Below are positions 19,735-27,943 of a stretch of DNA of 63,610 nt, piece after piece; position 1 is the stretch's first letter; every line of letters starts with the position of its first letter. Position numbers and translations under genes: made by a program. Source of the DNA: a virus (lineage: Duplodnaviria > Caudoviricetes); the IMG/VR virus record IMGVR_UViG_3300009155_000004, positions 1-63,610 of that record; one strand, given 5' to 3'. The notes below the pieces were generated by a model, which was not told where the DNA came from, searched no databases, and saw only the letters and a list, made by a program, of their open reading frames with translations.

Positions 19735-20360
19735 GATAAACTCTTTAACATTGCGATTAGTCTCGGGCATGGGTATGTGTCGCTCTTGTCATTGCGGACG
19801 CTGACGTGAGTGTATACACCTGGCTTACCTTCTAAGGCATCCTTGCAGACTGCCCACATATTCTCGTTGTATGTCAGTGGGATATTATACTTGTCGTTCC
19901 AAAGCAACAATAGGTGCTTTACAGCCTCGATCTGCTTGTCAGTGTACTTGTGATAATACTTGTACCCTTTAAACTCCGTAGGTAGCTCCTCGACATCGCT
20001 CTGTGGCACCTCGCCGTTCACGTAGTTGTAGAACTTGTCGCCCTTCTTAGTCAAGCCGCCCCATGCACATAGCTCAATGCCAATACTTGAGCGGTCAAGA
20101 TTTTTGTACGGAAGCTTATTGTTCGCAAAAGCCTGGTTCGTTAGGCCCAAATGGTATGCCCACTTAGAACTTGGGAACCCCTGCACGATCTGGCCATCTT
20201 GCCCGATCACAACGCAAGTCGCTACCGGTGTCGCATCTGCTTGCCAGAACTTGAACACATTCTCAGCGTTCGGACCGCCAGCAGTATGATGCAAGTATAT
20301 CTGCGTCTTTGGCGTTACCTCATTCTTGTAGTTCGTAAACTCAACTTGTTTGATATTCAT
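19731..20360 (-). CDS. Endolysin, N-acetylmuramoyl-L-alanine amidase (Amidase_2)
   Basis: IYLHHTAG, WAYHLG, SIGIEL, YTDKQ, YTHVSV...KSDTYP zinc-amidase motifs. Confidence 0.9.
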   Translation of the reverse strand: MNIKQVEFTNYKNEVTPKTQIYLHHTAGGPNAENVFKFWQADATPVATCVVIGQDGQIVQGFPSSKWAYHLGLTNQAFANNKLPYKNLDRSSIGIELCAWGGLTKKGDKFYNYVNGEVPQSDVEELPTEFKGYKYYHKYTDKQIEAVKHLLLLWNDKYNIPLTYNENMWAVCKDALEGKPGVYTHVSVRNDKSDTYPCPRLIAMLKSLS

Positions 20361-20363
20361 ACG

Positions 20364-20891
20364 CTACAAAGTTACCCAAAAATATTCAAAGTCAATTAAT
20401 GGTCTGTCCATGCCTCGACGGTATAAGTACACATCTTTGTCAAGCCCGAGAGCTTTGCAAGCATCAGTGATCGTCTCGTACAACTGTTGGCTTGCAATGT
20501 GACGTACCATGCGTACCTTTGGCTTCACCTCCTTCTTACGTGGCTTCTTGAGGGCCTCGCGTTGACTCTCGCTCATGGTGCGCTTACCACTTTGCCAGTC
20601 CTCTTGCATCATCTCGGAGGCGGTGAGCCATCTTAAATTGCTGACATTGTTGTTCTGCTTGTTCCCGTCAATGTGCCTGACAAGCTTCTTGCCATCAGGG
20701 TTTGGGACAAACGCATCAGCAACCAACTTGTGAACCATAAATATCCTAGGCCTTCTGGCAACAGATAGCGTAATCTTTCTGCATCCGTCCGCAGATGGTT
20801 GATCCTTTAAAATCTTTTTGCCTCCGCCAATTAAACTCGTGATGATTCCGGCATCACTTACCATGTAACGTTCAAATATAATTTTATTCAT
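20364..20891 (-). CDS. HNH homing endonuclease (NUMOD4-like N-terminus)
   Basis: VHKLVADAFVPNP...VRHIDGNKQNNNVSNLRW; likely start MNKII at 20891 with TATATTTG at 20896-20903. Confidence 0.8.
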   Translation of the reverse strand: MNKIIFERYMVSDAGIITSLIGGGKKILKDQPSADGCRKITLSVARRPRIFMVHKLVADAFVPNPDGKKLVRHIDGNKQNNNVSNLRWLTASEMMQEDWQSGKRTMSESQREALKKPRKKEVKPKVRMVRHIASQQLYETITDACKALGLDKDVYLYRRGMDRPLIDFEYFWVTL

Positions 20892-20920
20892 AATGCAAAT
20901 ATAGGTACAATATACCATTT

Positions 20921-21230
20921 TTGTGTCGGTTTTTATTTTTTGGGGTCTCCCTTCTTTTATTTATACTTTACTTTTAATATTTCTTTTTTAATTTTTTTTT
21001 AAAATATAAATTAACCAATGACACTGAAAATTATTAAGTTATTGATTATCAATAAAAGTAGTAGAGGCATTGTTTATGAATATCGACACAAAGTCGACAC
21101 AGAATCGACACAAGATGTCGAAAATCGACACAAAGTGGGCTGCATTGTGTCGGTTTTGGGGTGTGATTCATCACGACGTAGTAATTAAATTCATTGGAAT
21201 TAATTATTTTGTGTCGGTTTTTGTGTCGGG
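20921..21230. repeat. CGACACA(A) iteron-like cluster with a T-rich tract and an IHF-consensus-like site (candidate origin)
   Basis: TCGACACA at 21083, 21094, 21105, 21125; inverted TTGTGTCG at 20921, 21145, 21209, 21221; TAAGTTATTGATT at 21035-21047. Confidence 0.65.
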
Positions 21231-21780
21231 AATGTCAGGGCAATGTCAAAAATATGTCGCAAATTTTGAGGTTGTGGGTATCCCCCCCAAACTGGATCAG
21301 CCCCCTCGAAAAGAAAACGGATCCTATCCGCATAGGGGGGGTGCCGTTTCGGAAAATTCCGTGCCGATTTTTTGCCTTTTTCCTAGGTGCTTGGTTGGGG
21401 TGCAATCGCTTCGCGCTTGCTTCCGATTTGCGCCCGTTTACTTCGCCCGTTCCCTTGTCCGTTCCATTGGGACGGGGTGAACTTTTCTCGATCTGATTTG
21501 TTCCCCGTAAACAATACGAAAATATCGTACGTTTGATTTGGTATTGTTTGCCCGTTAATTCCCTGTACAATCTTTGCGCGTTTATCAGGTAAATTCCCTG
21601 TACAATTTTAAGGCGTTTCACTTTGCGCCCGTGGGATATATCCCCTCTTTATTTTCGCCCTAATAAAAAAACCTTTTTAAAAGCGCCCTTGTAAATCATT
21701 GATAATCAATAGCAATGTCACAATAATGTCATACTTTTAATTATTTTAATCTTTTTTCTTGCTTATTCACAAATTATACA

Positions 21781-21788
21781 TATCTTTG
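21781..21788 (+). promoter_or_regulatory. Early promoter -7 element (TATCTTTG)
   Basis: TAnnTTTG upstream of the first rightward gene; TTG at 21759-21761. Confidence 0.7.
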
Positions 21789-21817
21789 TATTGTTAAGAA
21801 AAACTAAAAATAACAAC

Positions 21818-22411
21818 ATGAGGAAACAAGGTCTATCGAATTACGAAAAGCAATTAATATCTAAACGTTTAGATATTATTTTCAACAAGGCAACTGCAAA
21901 GGATATCAACGACGGCAAAAATTGGTATCTAAGCGCATACAACGAAGCGCAAAAGTTAGCAAATGAGTTTAATTTATGCCCGTTAAAATGTGCCGGGGTA
22001 ATTAGTGCGCTAAGCCCAAATAACAAATGGGCGCAAAACTTAAAGGACGCGCACAAAGTATGCAAAGCATTCACTGAAAATAAGGGCGCAAACGACGTTA
22101 AGGTTTGTACGTTCAATACTAACAAGTTTAAAGCCTTTGCAATACTTAACAATTTAGTTGAAATTACAAACGACTCACGTAAAACGTATTCATTCATTCG
22201 CAATGTGGGATACCTTGACTCAGAGCGCGTGACGATTGATATATGGCATTTACGCGCTTGTTATGGCAAAGATAAAGGCACCCCAACCCCTTTAGTTTAC
22301 GACCAAATCGAAGCACTTACTTTAAGAAAGGCTAAAAAATTAGGACTAACAGGTTACAAATACCAAGCCATTATATGGGTAGTAATCAGACAAATTTACA
22401 CTTATAAATAA
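21818..22411 (+). CDS. First early protein, HhH DNA-glycosylase-like phage family (DUF7178-like)
   Basis: GKNWY, GVISALSPNNKWAQN, VTIDIWH and YQAIIWV motifs. Confidence 0.55.
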   Translation: MRKQGLSNYEKQLISKRLDIIFNKATAKDINDGKNWYLSAYNEAQKLANEFNLCPLKCAGVISALSPNNKWAQNLKDAHKVCKAFTENKGANDVKVCTFNTNKFKAFAILNNLVEITNDSRKTYSFIRNVGYLDSERVTIDIWHLRACYGKDKGTPTPLVYDQIEALTLRKAKKLGLTGYKYQAIIWVVIRQIYTYK

Positions 22412-22416
22412 ACGAC

Positions 22417-22584
22417 ATGATAACATACATTTTTTATACATTCGACGAAAACAGAAACAAAACGATTCACTTTGAGGTGAAATGCATTCAACCAAAAAGG
22501 ACAAAAGCCTACAAAACTGTTTTAAACTTATTCAAAAATCCACCTTTTGTTTATGGATTCGGCTTCAAACCAATAACCAAATAA
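22417..22584 (+). CDS. Small early protein (55 aa, not in ORF track)
   Basis: MITYIFYTFDEN..., fills the gap. Confidence 0.45.
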   Translation: MITYIFYTFDENRNKTIHFEVKCIQPKRTKAYKTVLNLFKNPPFVYGFGFKPITK

Positions 22585-22597
22585 AAACTAAACGACT

Positions 22598-22795
22598 ATG
22601 ATACAACTAACTGAAATTATCGGAAACGGGTTAACGCAACCTATTTTACTAGAAGTTAATTCATTTAACTATATGGTAAACAATTCAAAAGGATACGGCT
22701 CAATAGTTTACTATGGTACGGGCTGTATTGAAGTAACTGAATCAACTAAACAAATCAACCAACTAAGAATATTTGAAATTAGACGTAAAAAATAA
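22598..22795 (+). CDS. Small early protein
   Basis: 65 aa; IEVTESTKQI motif. Confidence 0.55.
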   Translation: MIQLTEIIGNGLTQPILLEVNSFNYMVNNSKGYGSIVYYGTGCIEVTESTKQINQLRIFEIRRKK

Positions 22796-22799
22796 AACT

Positions 22800-23039
22800 A
22801 TGAAACAATTAACCGACAAACAACTGCTAAAATTAGACGCGCAAATTTGCGCCCTAAGTGACAAACTTACAAAGGTGTGTAATCAACACAAAGTAAGCGA
22901 CAAAAAAATGGAATTAGTGAACGTATCGTGGTGCGATTGGGACGCGTACGAAACTCAAGAGGGTATTGTAAATGCATTGCACAATATCGACATGGAACTA
23001 TCTGATCTCTCATATTACATAACACAACTAACAAAATGA
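22800..23039 (+). CDS. Small early protein
   Basis: Start MKQLTD at 22800. Confidence 0.55.
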   Translation: MKQLTDKQLLKLDAQICALSDKLTKVCNQHKVSDKKMELVNVSWCDWDAYETQEGIVNALHNIDMELSDLSYYITQLTK

Positions 23040-23269
23040 AGCACTTAATCAGAAAATCAATTGAATTTTGCAGTGTTATTTTATTAACTGCATGTGTTAC
23101 CTTGGTAACAATGTTTATCCTTTCCTTATTGGTTGCTATAATTTCGGGCAACCCATTGGGACCCATCTTTCACAGCACTTTTATAAGTGTAGCAAGTATT
23201 ATCTTTTTCCTTACTTGTTTAATTGCATACTCTCATATTTTATCACAAAAACAAATCTATGAAGCATAA
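23036..23269 (+). CDS. Small two-TM membrane protein
   Basis: Two long hydrophobic segments. Confidence 0.55.
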   Translation: MKHLIRKSIEFCSVILLTACVTLVTMFILSLLVAIISGNPLGPIFHSTFISVASIIFFLTCLIAYSHILSQKQIYEA

Positions 23270-23636
23270 CACACTATTTCACCACTTGCACAACGCACAA
23301 ACAAACCTTATCGGTTTCAGTTACAACATTTACAACGGAGGCTTAAATCCTGACAAGGGCTACATGGTCGCAGTAAAAGGCTACGAGGAAACGGCACCAA
23401 AAGACAGCGACATTATCGCATTCGGTAGGGATTACTTTCTTCGCCACGCGACCAAACTAGCCGACCCACACTATTACATGGGCTGTTGGTACAACGACGG
23501 GGAATTTGTTTTCGACATCTCAGAAAATATCCAAACAAAGGAGGTCGCCATCGCCCTAGGTGAACAACAAGAGCAAAGTGCGATATGGGACTGCACTAGT
23601 GGTACCGAGTATCGCTTAATGCGAGAGTTCGATTAA
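23259..23636 (+). CDS. Early protein, possible SAM-lyase-like fold
   Basis: MGCWY...FDIS...AIALGEQQEQSAIWD. Confidence 0.5.
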   Translation: MKHNTLFHHLHNAQTNLIGFSYNIYNGGLNPDKGYMVAVKGYEETAPKDSDIIAFGRDYFLRHATKLADPHYYMGCWYNDGEFVFDISENIQTKEVAIALGEQQEQSAIWDCTSGTEYRLMREFD

Positions 23637-23643
23637 TCACCCA

Positions 23644-23691
23644 TCCCAAGCCATAGGAATGCCGTCGGTTCGAGTCCGACCTTGGGAACCA
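23644..23691 (+). ncRNA. tRNA minihelix-like RNA (acceptor stem + T arm + ACCA)
   Basis: TCCCAAG/CTTGGGA 7 bp, GTCGG/CCGAC 5 bp, loop TTCGAGT, ends ACCA; only 13 nt where the D and anticodon arms would be. Confidence 0.7.
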
Positions 23692-23693
23692 CT

Positions 23694-23954
23694 ATGAATA
23701 AATTACATCAAATCAACAAGGCGCAAAGGTCACTAGGTGCTGACTTTATGCAAGGATTAATTAACAACGGACAAGCATGGCAAATGGAAGGCTCTATGGG
23801 TCGCCAATGTATGGATGCATTACGTTCGGGCATGTGTATGTTACCTAAGAAGGCATTTACTGATGCTTATGGGAATAGGGTACCTAGCCGTGACGAACTA
23901 AAGCAAGGAAGCATGGGAACCTATGTAAACACTTTAAACTATTATAACATATGA
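23694..23954 (+). CDS. Early hypothetical protein
   Basis: MQGLINNGQAWQMEGSMGR...DAYGNRVPSRD. Confidence 0.6.
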   Translation: MNKLHQINKAQRSLGADFMQGLINNGQAWQMEGSMGRQCMDALRSGMCMLPKKAFTDAYGNRVPSRDELKQGSMGTYVNTLNYYNI

Positions 23955-24112
23955 CAAACGAACAAATAAACGACATGATTATGTCAATTGACTACGCTAT
24001 TAATTTAATAGAGTTAAATTACAATAGTGATATTGACGACAGGGAAATTATTGTACACAACTTACAACAACTAGACAACGCAATTGACGAATTAAAAAAA
24101 CTAAAACTATGA
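23951..24112 (+). CDS. Small early protein (53 aa, not in ORF track)
   Basis: ATGA overlaps at both ends. Confidence 0.5.
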   Translation: MTNEQINDMIMSIDYAINLIELNYNSDIDDREIIVHNLQQLDNAIDELKKLKL

Positions 24113-24420
24113 ACGACTTACAAAAACTAGACAGGCAATACTTTTGGGTGGAACGCCCAAAGGTAGTACTCGAGGAACTACAAAAATATTTTGACCATGT
24201 TGAAGACGTGACCTACATGAACGACGGCGCACCAAGTTTAGAGATAAATGAGAGGTACTATCTATTCATGCCGACATCAACGCGCACAAACCACGACAAC
24301 GAGGAATACAATTATTATATGATAGTGGAGAGTGAAAATTACGGCACAAACGCGCGAACAATTGAGTGTGACACCTTAGACAAAGCAATCGACGAACTAT
24401 ATCAAATAATAGCATTATGA
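24109..24420 (+). CDS. Early hypothetical protein
   Basis: EDVTYMNDGAPSL; coupled to neighbours. Confidence 0.55.
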   Translation: MNDLQKLDRQYFWVERPKVVLEELQKYFDHVEDVTYMNDGAPSLEINERYYLFMPTSTRTNHDNEEYNYYMIVESENYGTNARTIECDTLDKAIDELYQIIAL

Positions 24421-24659
24421 TAACGAAACGCGAATATTTCGACAAGTTGACAACGGGCGCAAAATTGGATTACCCCGACCTTTCGATCCAAATTGATGAC
24501 ATCATCGACGAGATGCTAAGCCAATGCGAGATTGAGAACGAACCAACTGATGCCGACCTTTTGGATGCCGAGCAACAATTGAACGACCTTATCGAGCGCA
24601 ACCAAGAGCCAGTACAAGAGCCAACACAATGGTGTACAATTAAAGAGATAGAACAATGA
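24417..24659 (+). CDS. Acidic early protein
   Basis: Asp/Glu-rich, 80 aa. Confidence 0.55.
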   Translation: MITKREYFDKLTTGAKLDYPDLSIQIDDIIDEMLSQCEIENEPTDADLLDAEQQLNDLIERNQEPVQEPTQWCTIKEIEQ

Positions 24660-24925
24660 AAAGGATATCTAAACAAGCAAAGGCAATTGCTGATGCTCAC
24701 ATTCAGGCAAGGATAAACGGAACATTTGACGACCCAAATTTCAGCACAAAGGATGAACTTATACAACTATTAAATGAAGGCAAAACATTTTCGGGATTGC
24801 TTGACAGAATAGAAATGAAGTATACCTCAATCACTTCAATTTTGCTATCTAGAACAATGTTTTTCAATAGCCAAAACTACAAGAGTGGTATATACAAGGG
24901 ATTCAAAATACTTTTAGATAATTAA
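24656..24925 (+). CDS. Early hypothetical protein
   Basis: ATGA-coupled. Confidence 0.5.
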   Translation: MKRISKQAKAIADAHIQARINGTFDDPNFSTKDELIQLLNEGKTFSGLLDRIEMKYTSITSILLSRTMFFNSQNYKSGIYKGFKILLDN

Positions 24926-24990
24926 AAAACTTTACACAAAACTGACAAAACTATTTTTTTATTCACAAGATAACAACTAATATTGCACTG

Positions 24991-25314
24991 ATGATTACTA
25001 AACAAGATATTTTAGACGTGGCACTACAATTAGAGATGCCAATTACTGACAAGCAAATAAATTACGTTTTAGAGAACTATTCTGAGACGGGCGAAATTTG
25101 GAACGTACAAGTTGAAGACTTGTTATACCAATGCGAACCAAAAGTTTGCGACATCACGGGTGAAACCATGACTGAGGGATGGGTTGCCAATGATGGCGAA
25201 ATGTACTTCAAGTACGAGAAAGATGCCCTTGCATGGTGCATTGAGAATGGCTACGAAAGTATTGAGGATGCCTACAACGAAGAGGCAATCTACTATACTG
25301 AGTGGGAGGATTAA
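24991..25314 (+). CDS. Highly acidic early protein
   Basis: 26 D/E vs 5 K and 0 R in 107 aa; C-terminal YYTEWED. Confidence 0.6.
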   Translation: MITKQDILDVALQLEMPITDKQINYVLENYSETGEIWNVQVEDLLYQCEPKVCDITGETMTEGWVANDGEMYFKYEKDALAWCIENGYESIEDAYNEEAIYYTEWED

Positions 25315-25356
25315 TACATTGCTCTAATGGGGTAACTCCCCATTAAAGCAACCAAG

Positions 25357-25565
25357 AAGTTCTTTGACGTACGGGGCGAATTAAGTGTAACAACTTAATA
25401 GGTGGGTGCTAACAATCCGTTAGCGTGAATTGACGAGGACTAGTCAATACCTACTGAAGGCGAGAATACATGGTTGCGAGAGTCCCTCGCATTGAATGAG
25501 CACGGAACAACTCAGCCAACCACACGACAAGCGCAGAGCGATACTTCGGTGTATCCGTGTGGGCA
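25357..25565 (+). ncRNA. Candidate multi-stem structured RNA preceded by a boxA-like motif
   Basis: At least six stems in an ORF-free gap; complementary loops GGACT (25437-41) and AGTCC (25481-85); AAGTTCTTTGAC at 25357. Confidence 0.6.
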
Positions 25566-25611
25566 ACTTAACACTAAATTATAACAAACACACAACACTA
25601 AAATATAACTT

Positions 25612-25839
25612 ATGAACCTATTTAGAATTAACACCACGGCATTTCACGAGGAAGATTTCACAATCTACACCGACTTAAACAAAGAGCAAGTTACTGACAT
25701 CATCACACCCATTGTAAAAGATGAACGTGATGGTGGCTACGGTTACTACAACGACGATTTGGTTAGCGCATTAAAGAACGCATATCCAAACAACTTTATC
25801 TCACAACGATACAACGAACCTGAAATGATATCAATATGA
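25612..25839 (+). CDS. Early hypothetical protein
   Basis: INTTAFHEEDF...YYNDDLVSALK. Confidence 0.6.
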   Translation: MNLFRINTTAFHEEDFTIYTDLNKEQVTDIITPIVKDERDGGYGYYNDDLVSALKNAYPNNFISQRYNEPEMISI

Positions 25840-26042
25840 ATATAACAATAAACATTTTGGAGGTTGCAAGTGATCTTGCACACCAAAGATTAATCGAAGA
25901 CTGGGCATCAATAGGCAATAGTGATATTCCATTGTACAACGGAGAGAATTATTGTGAAGAGGCTCAAGACATTTTTAACGATTACTAAGACACTTATTAT
26001 TTAATATTAGAAAGCGCAAACTATGAAACTAACGAACGATAA
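25836..26042 (+). pseudogene. Small gene with a possible premature TAA at 25986
   Basis: ...EEAQDIFNDY*DTYYLILES...; the frame stays open to the next gene. Confidence 0.35.
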
Positions 26043-26325
26043 CTTTGTATGGGACATTGTCTCAACGAATGAGGTAACAGATGCCTACGCAAAAGGTGAA
26101 GTATTTATTTTGCACGACGATGACACAGAGACGTTGTACACGGGCGAACCAATTGACGAGAGTTTAACGTACGGCACTGAGATTGGGTGGCTTAAAGATA
26201 TAGACGACAGACAAATCTTAACATTGTTAGCAGTACGCAAGTACGGGCATCTAAAAGACCATGACCTAATATGGCGCTTTGTTGCGCTTTCAACCAACGG
26301 ACTAATTAACATGATATGCAACTGA
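26023..26325 (+). CDS. Hypothetical protein
   Basis: VFILHDDDTET. Confidence 0.55.
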   Translation: MKLTNDNFVWDIVSTNEVTDAYAKGEVFILHDDDTETLYTGEPIDESLTYGTEIGWLKDIDDRQILTLLAVRKYGHLKDHDLIWRFVALSTNGLINMICN

Positions 26326-26651
26326 TTAACGGCAAGTTCTACGTTAACGGCAAAGAAGTGCCAGTAGAGATAGGGAACAAGGAGCAAATCGCATTGCTCC
26401 AAGAAAGGCAGAAGTTAATGGATGAGGGCGCAAAGATTGACATAATAACCGACGAGGTGATAACGCATACAATCGCAGCGACATTCAAATGCCCGTCATG
26501 TGGCAAAACCAATTACATAGACGACGATAGCGAATACCACTTTGATGATTCGGACATTAAAGATTTGCTCGAATCAGAAAGTTCTTGTAATCATTGTGGT
26601 CAAGACTTTGAATTAATTTTAAGGGACGGAAAATATAAGTATATGTTATGA
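26316..26651 (+). CDS. Zn-ribbon protein
   Basis: CPSC...CNHC. Confidence 0.6.
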   Translation: MQLINGKFYVNGKEVPVEIGNKEQIALLQERQKLMDEGAKIDIITDEVITHTIAATFKCPSCGKTNYIDDDSEYHFDDSDIKDLLESESSCNHCGQDFELILRDGKYKYML

Positions 26652-26926
26652 CAGAAGTCGTCTGCATTAAAACACATAGCCAAGGGATTGTCAAGGAGGG
26701 GGAGATTTACCCTCTGCTTGACACGAGGGCTGACTGCTCATGTGGTGCAACGATGTACGACATTGGAGCAACAAACAATGCCATGTACCAAACGTGTTGG
26801 TGTGGCAAGGAGTCTATAAGAAAGAGTAAGACATGGTGGTTAGATAGCAGATTGTTTGCCATCCCAAATTTGGAGGAAATATATGGAGAATTATATCTTG
26901 AAGAGGCACAGAATGGGGCTCACTAA
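26648..26926 (+). CDS. Cys-rich hypothetical protein
   Basis: VVCIK, CSCG, CWCG, DSRLFA. Confidence 0.55.
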   Translation: MTEVVCIKTHSQGIVKEGEIYPLLDTRADCSCGATMYDIGATNNAMYQTCWCGKESIRKSKTWWLDSRLFAIPNLEEIYGELYLEEAQNGAH

Positions 26927-27188
26927 GACCCTTGACGACGCAGCGCATGAGTTAAAAGATTTACTCGCATTGACCACGGGTAAAACAGTAAAAGATTGCA
27001 AAATGAGATTACAAGTAAAGCAAATATTAAATAGTTATGACATGGGGTTCCACACGACCTTGTCCGATATGGTATCGGAGTTTATGCTGATCGTTAACTT
27101 AACTGACAAAAAGAATTTAAACTACAAAGAATGCGAAGAATTATTTTTATCTTATTGCTCGGTATTGGGCAGACAAGGGCTCAAGTAG
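26913..27188 (+). CDS. Hypothetical protein
   Basis: Likely start MGLTKT. Confidence 0.45.
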   Translation: MGLTKTLDDAAHELKDLLALTTGKTVKDCKMRLQVKQILNSYDMGFHTTLSDMVSEFMLIVNLTDKKNLNYKECEELFLSYCSVLGRQGLK

Positions 27189-27439
27189 TTGAGAGTTTGG
27201 ATAGCCAACGGCTGACATCATTAGATACGGCTATAGGTAAGGGATGGGTAACAAGTGTATACTTGAATACGGGATACGACAAGGAGGGGTTAGATTATAT
27301 CCCTCCGATACAATTAAAGAAACTCTCAAGGATGGGCGACTATTACATACGATGTATGCTAGACGACTACTATTATTTTGAGATAATAATTATTAATTTT
27401 AAACTAGAATATATATATACAAACGACAAAGATGAATAA
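27131..27439 (+). CDS. Hypothetical protein with signal peptide
   Basis: MRRIIFILLLGIGQTRAQ. Confidence 0.5.
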   Translation: MRRIIFILLLGIGQTRAQVVESLDSQRLTSLDTAIGKGWVTSVYLNTGYDKEGLDYIPPIQLKKLSRMGDYYIRCMLDDYYYFEIIIINFKLEYIYTNDKDE

Positions 27440-27752
27440 CATAATAAAAGGCGATAAGGTATTTATTGCAAAATTAGAGGATGTAATATTCCAGTACACG
27501 GGAATAGATACAGAGGTAATCAAAAGCAAGACAAGGAAGTCAGAGATTGTAACAATTAGATTCATCCAAGCATGGCTGATGAAGAAGTACACGTTCATGT
27601 CATTGTGCAGTATTGGGAAGCACATGGGTGGACGTGATCACAGCACAATCATCCACGTGATCAAGACAATTGAGGATTGGTACGAGCAACCTAAGATGTT
27701 TGCACCTGAATTAAGGATGCTTGAGGCAATAGAGAGAGAGGTAAAGATATGA
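27432..27752 (+). CDS. Stand-alone DnaA domain IV-like HTH protein
   Basis: SKTRKSEIVTIR...SLCSIGKHMGGRDHSTIIH matches the DnaA C-terminal signature. Confidence 0.85.
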   Translation: MNNIIKGDKVFIAKLEDVIFQYTGIDTEVIKSKTRKSEIVTIRFIQAWLMKKYTFMSLCSIGKHMGGRDHSTIIHVIKTIEDWYEQPKMFAPELRMLEAIEREVKI

Positions 27753-27943
27753 CAATTGAATGGTTATTAAATGAATGGCCTATACTGAATGCACAATTGC
27801 CACCTCACATAATTGAACAAGCCAAAGAGATGGAGATTGCAGGTAGAGAAAGTAGTTATGCTGATGGCTATAGCGAGGGCTATAAACGAGCATTAGAATT
27901 AATTGAATGGATGATAAAAACTGAAATAAAAAGAAACAAATGA
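27749..27943 (+). CDS. Small protein, EQAKEME family
   Basis: MTIEWL...IIEQAKEME. Confidence 0.55.
   Translation: MTIEWLLNEWPILNAQLPPHIIEQAKEMEIAGRESSYADGYSEGYKRALELIEWMIKTEIKRNK

Noticed and set aside
21083-21228. CRISPR array or mini-array
   Set aside because: The repeats are only 7-8 bp, irregularly spaced and in both orientations, with no spacers and no cas genes.
21070-21621. ORFs 21070-21480, 21194-21496 and 21235-21621
   Set aside because: They are translations of repeat-rich regulatory DNA with no credible starts or protein-like composition.
23664-23691. attP site from a tRNA 3' end
   Set aside because: No integrase is recognised, and the 5' acceptor strand is present and perfectly complementary.
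25373-25565. tmRNA (GGGGCG start)
   Set aside because: It is too short, with no matching 3' T arm/CCA or tag reading frame.
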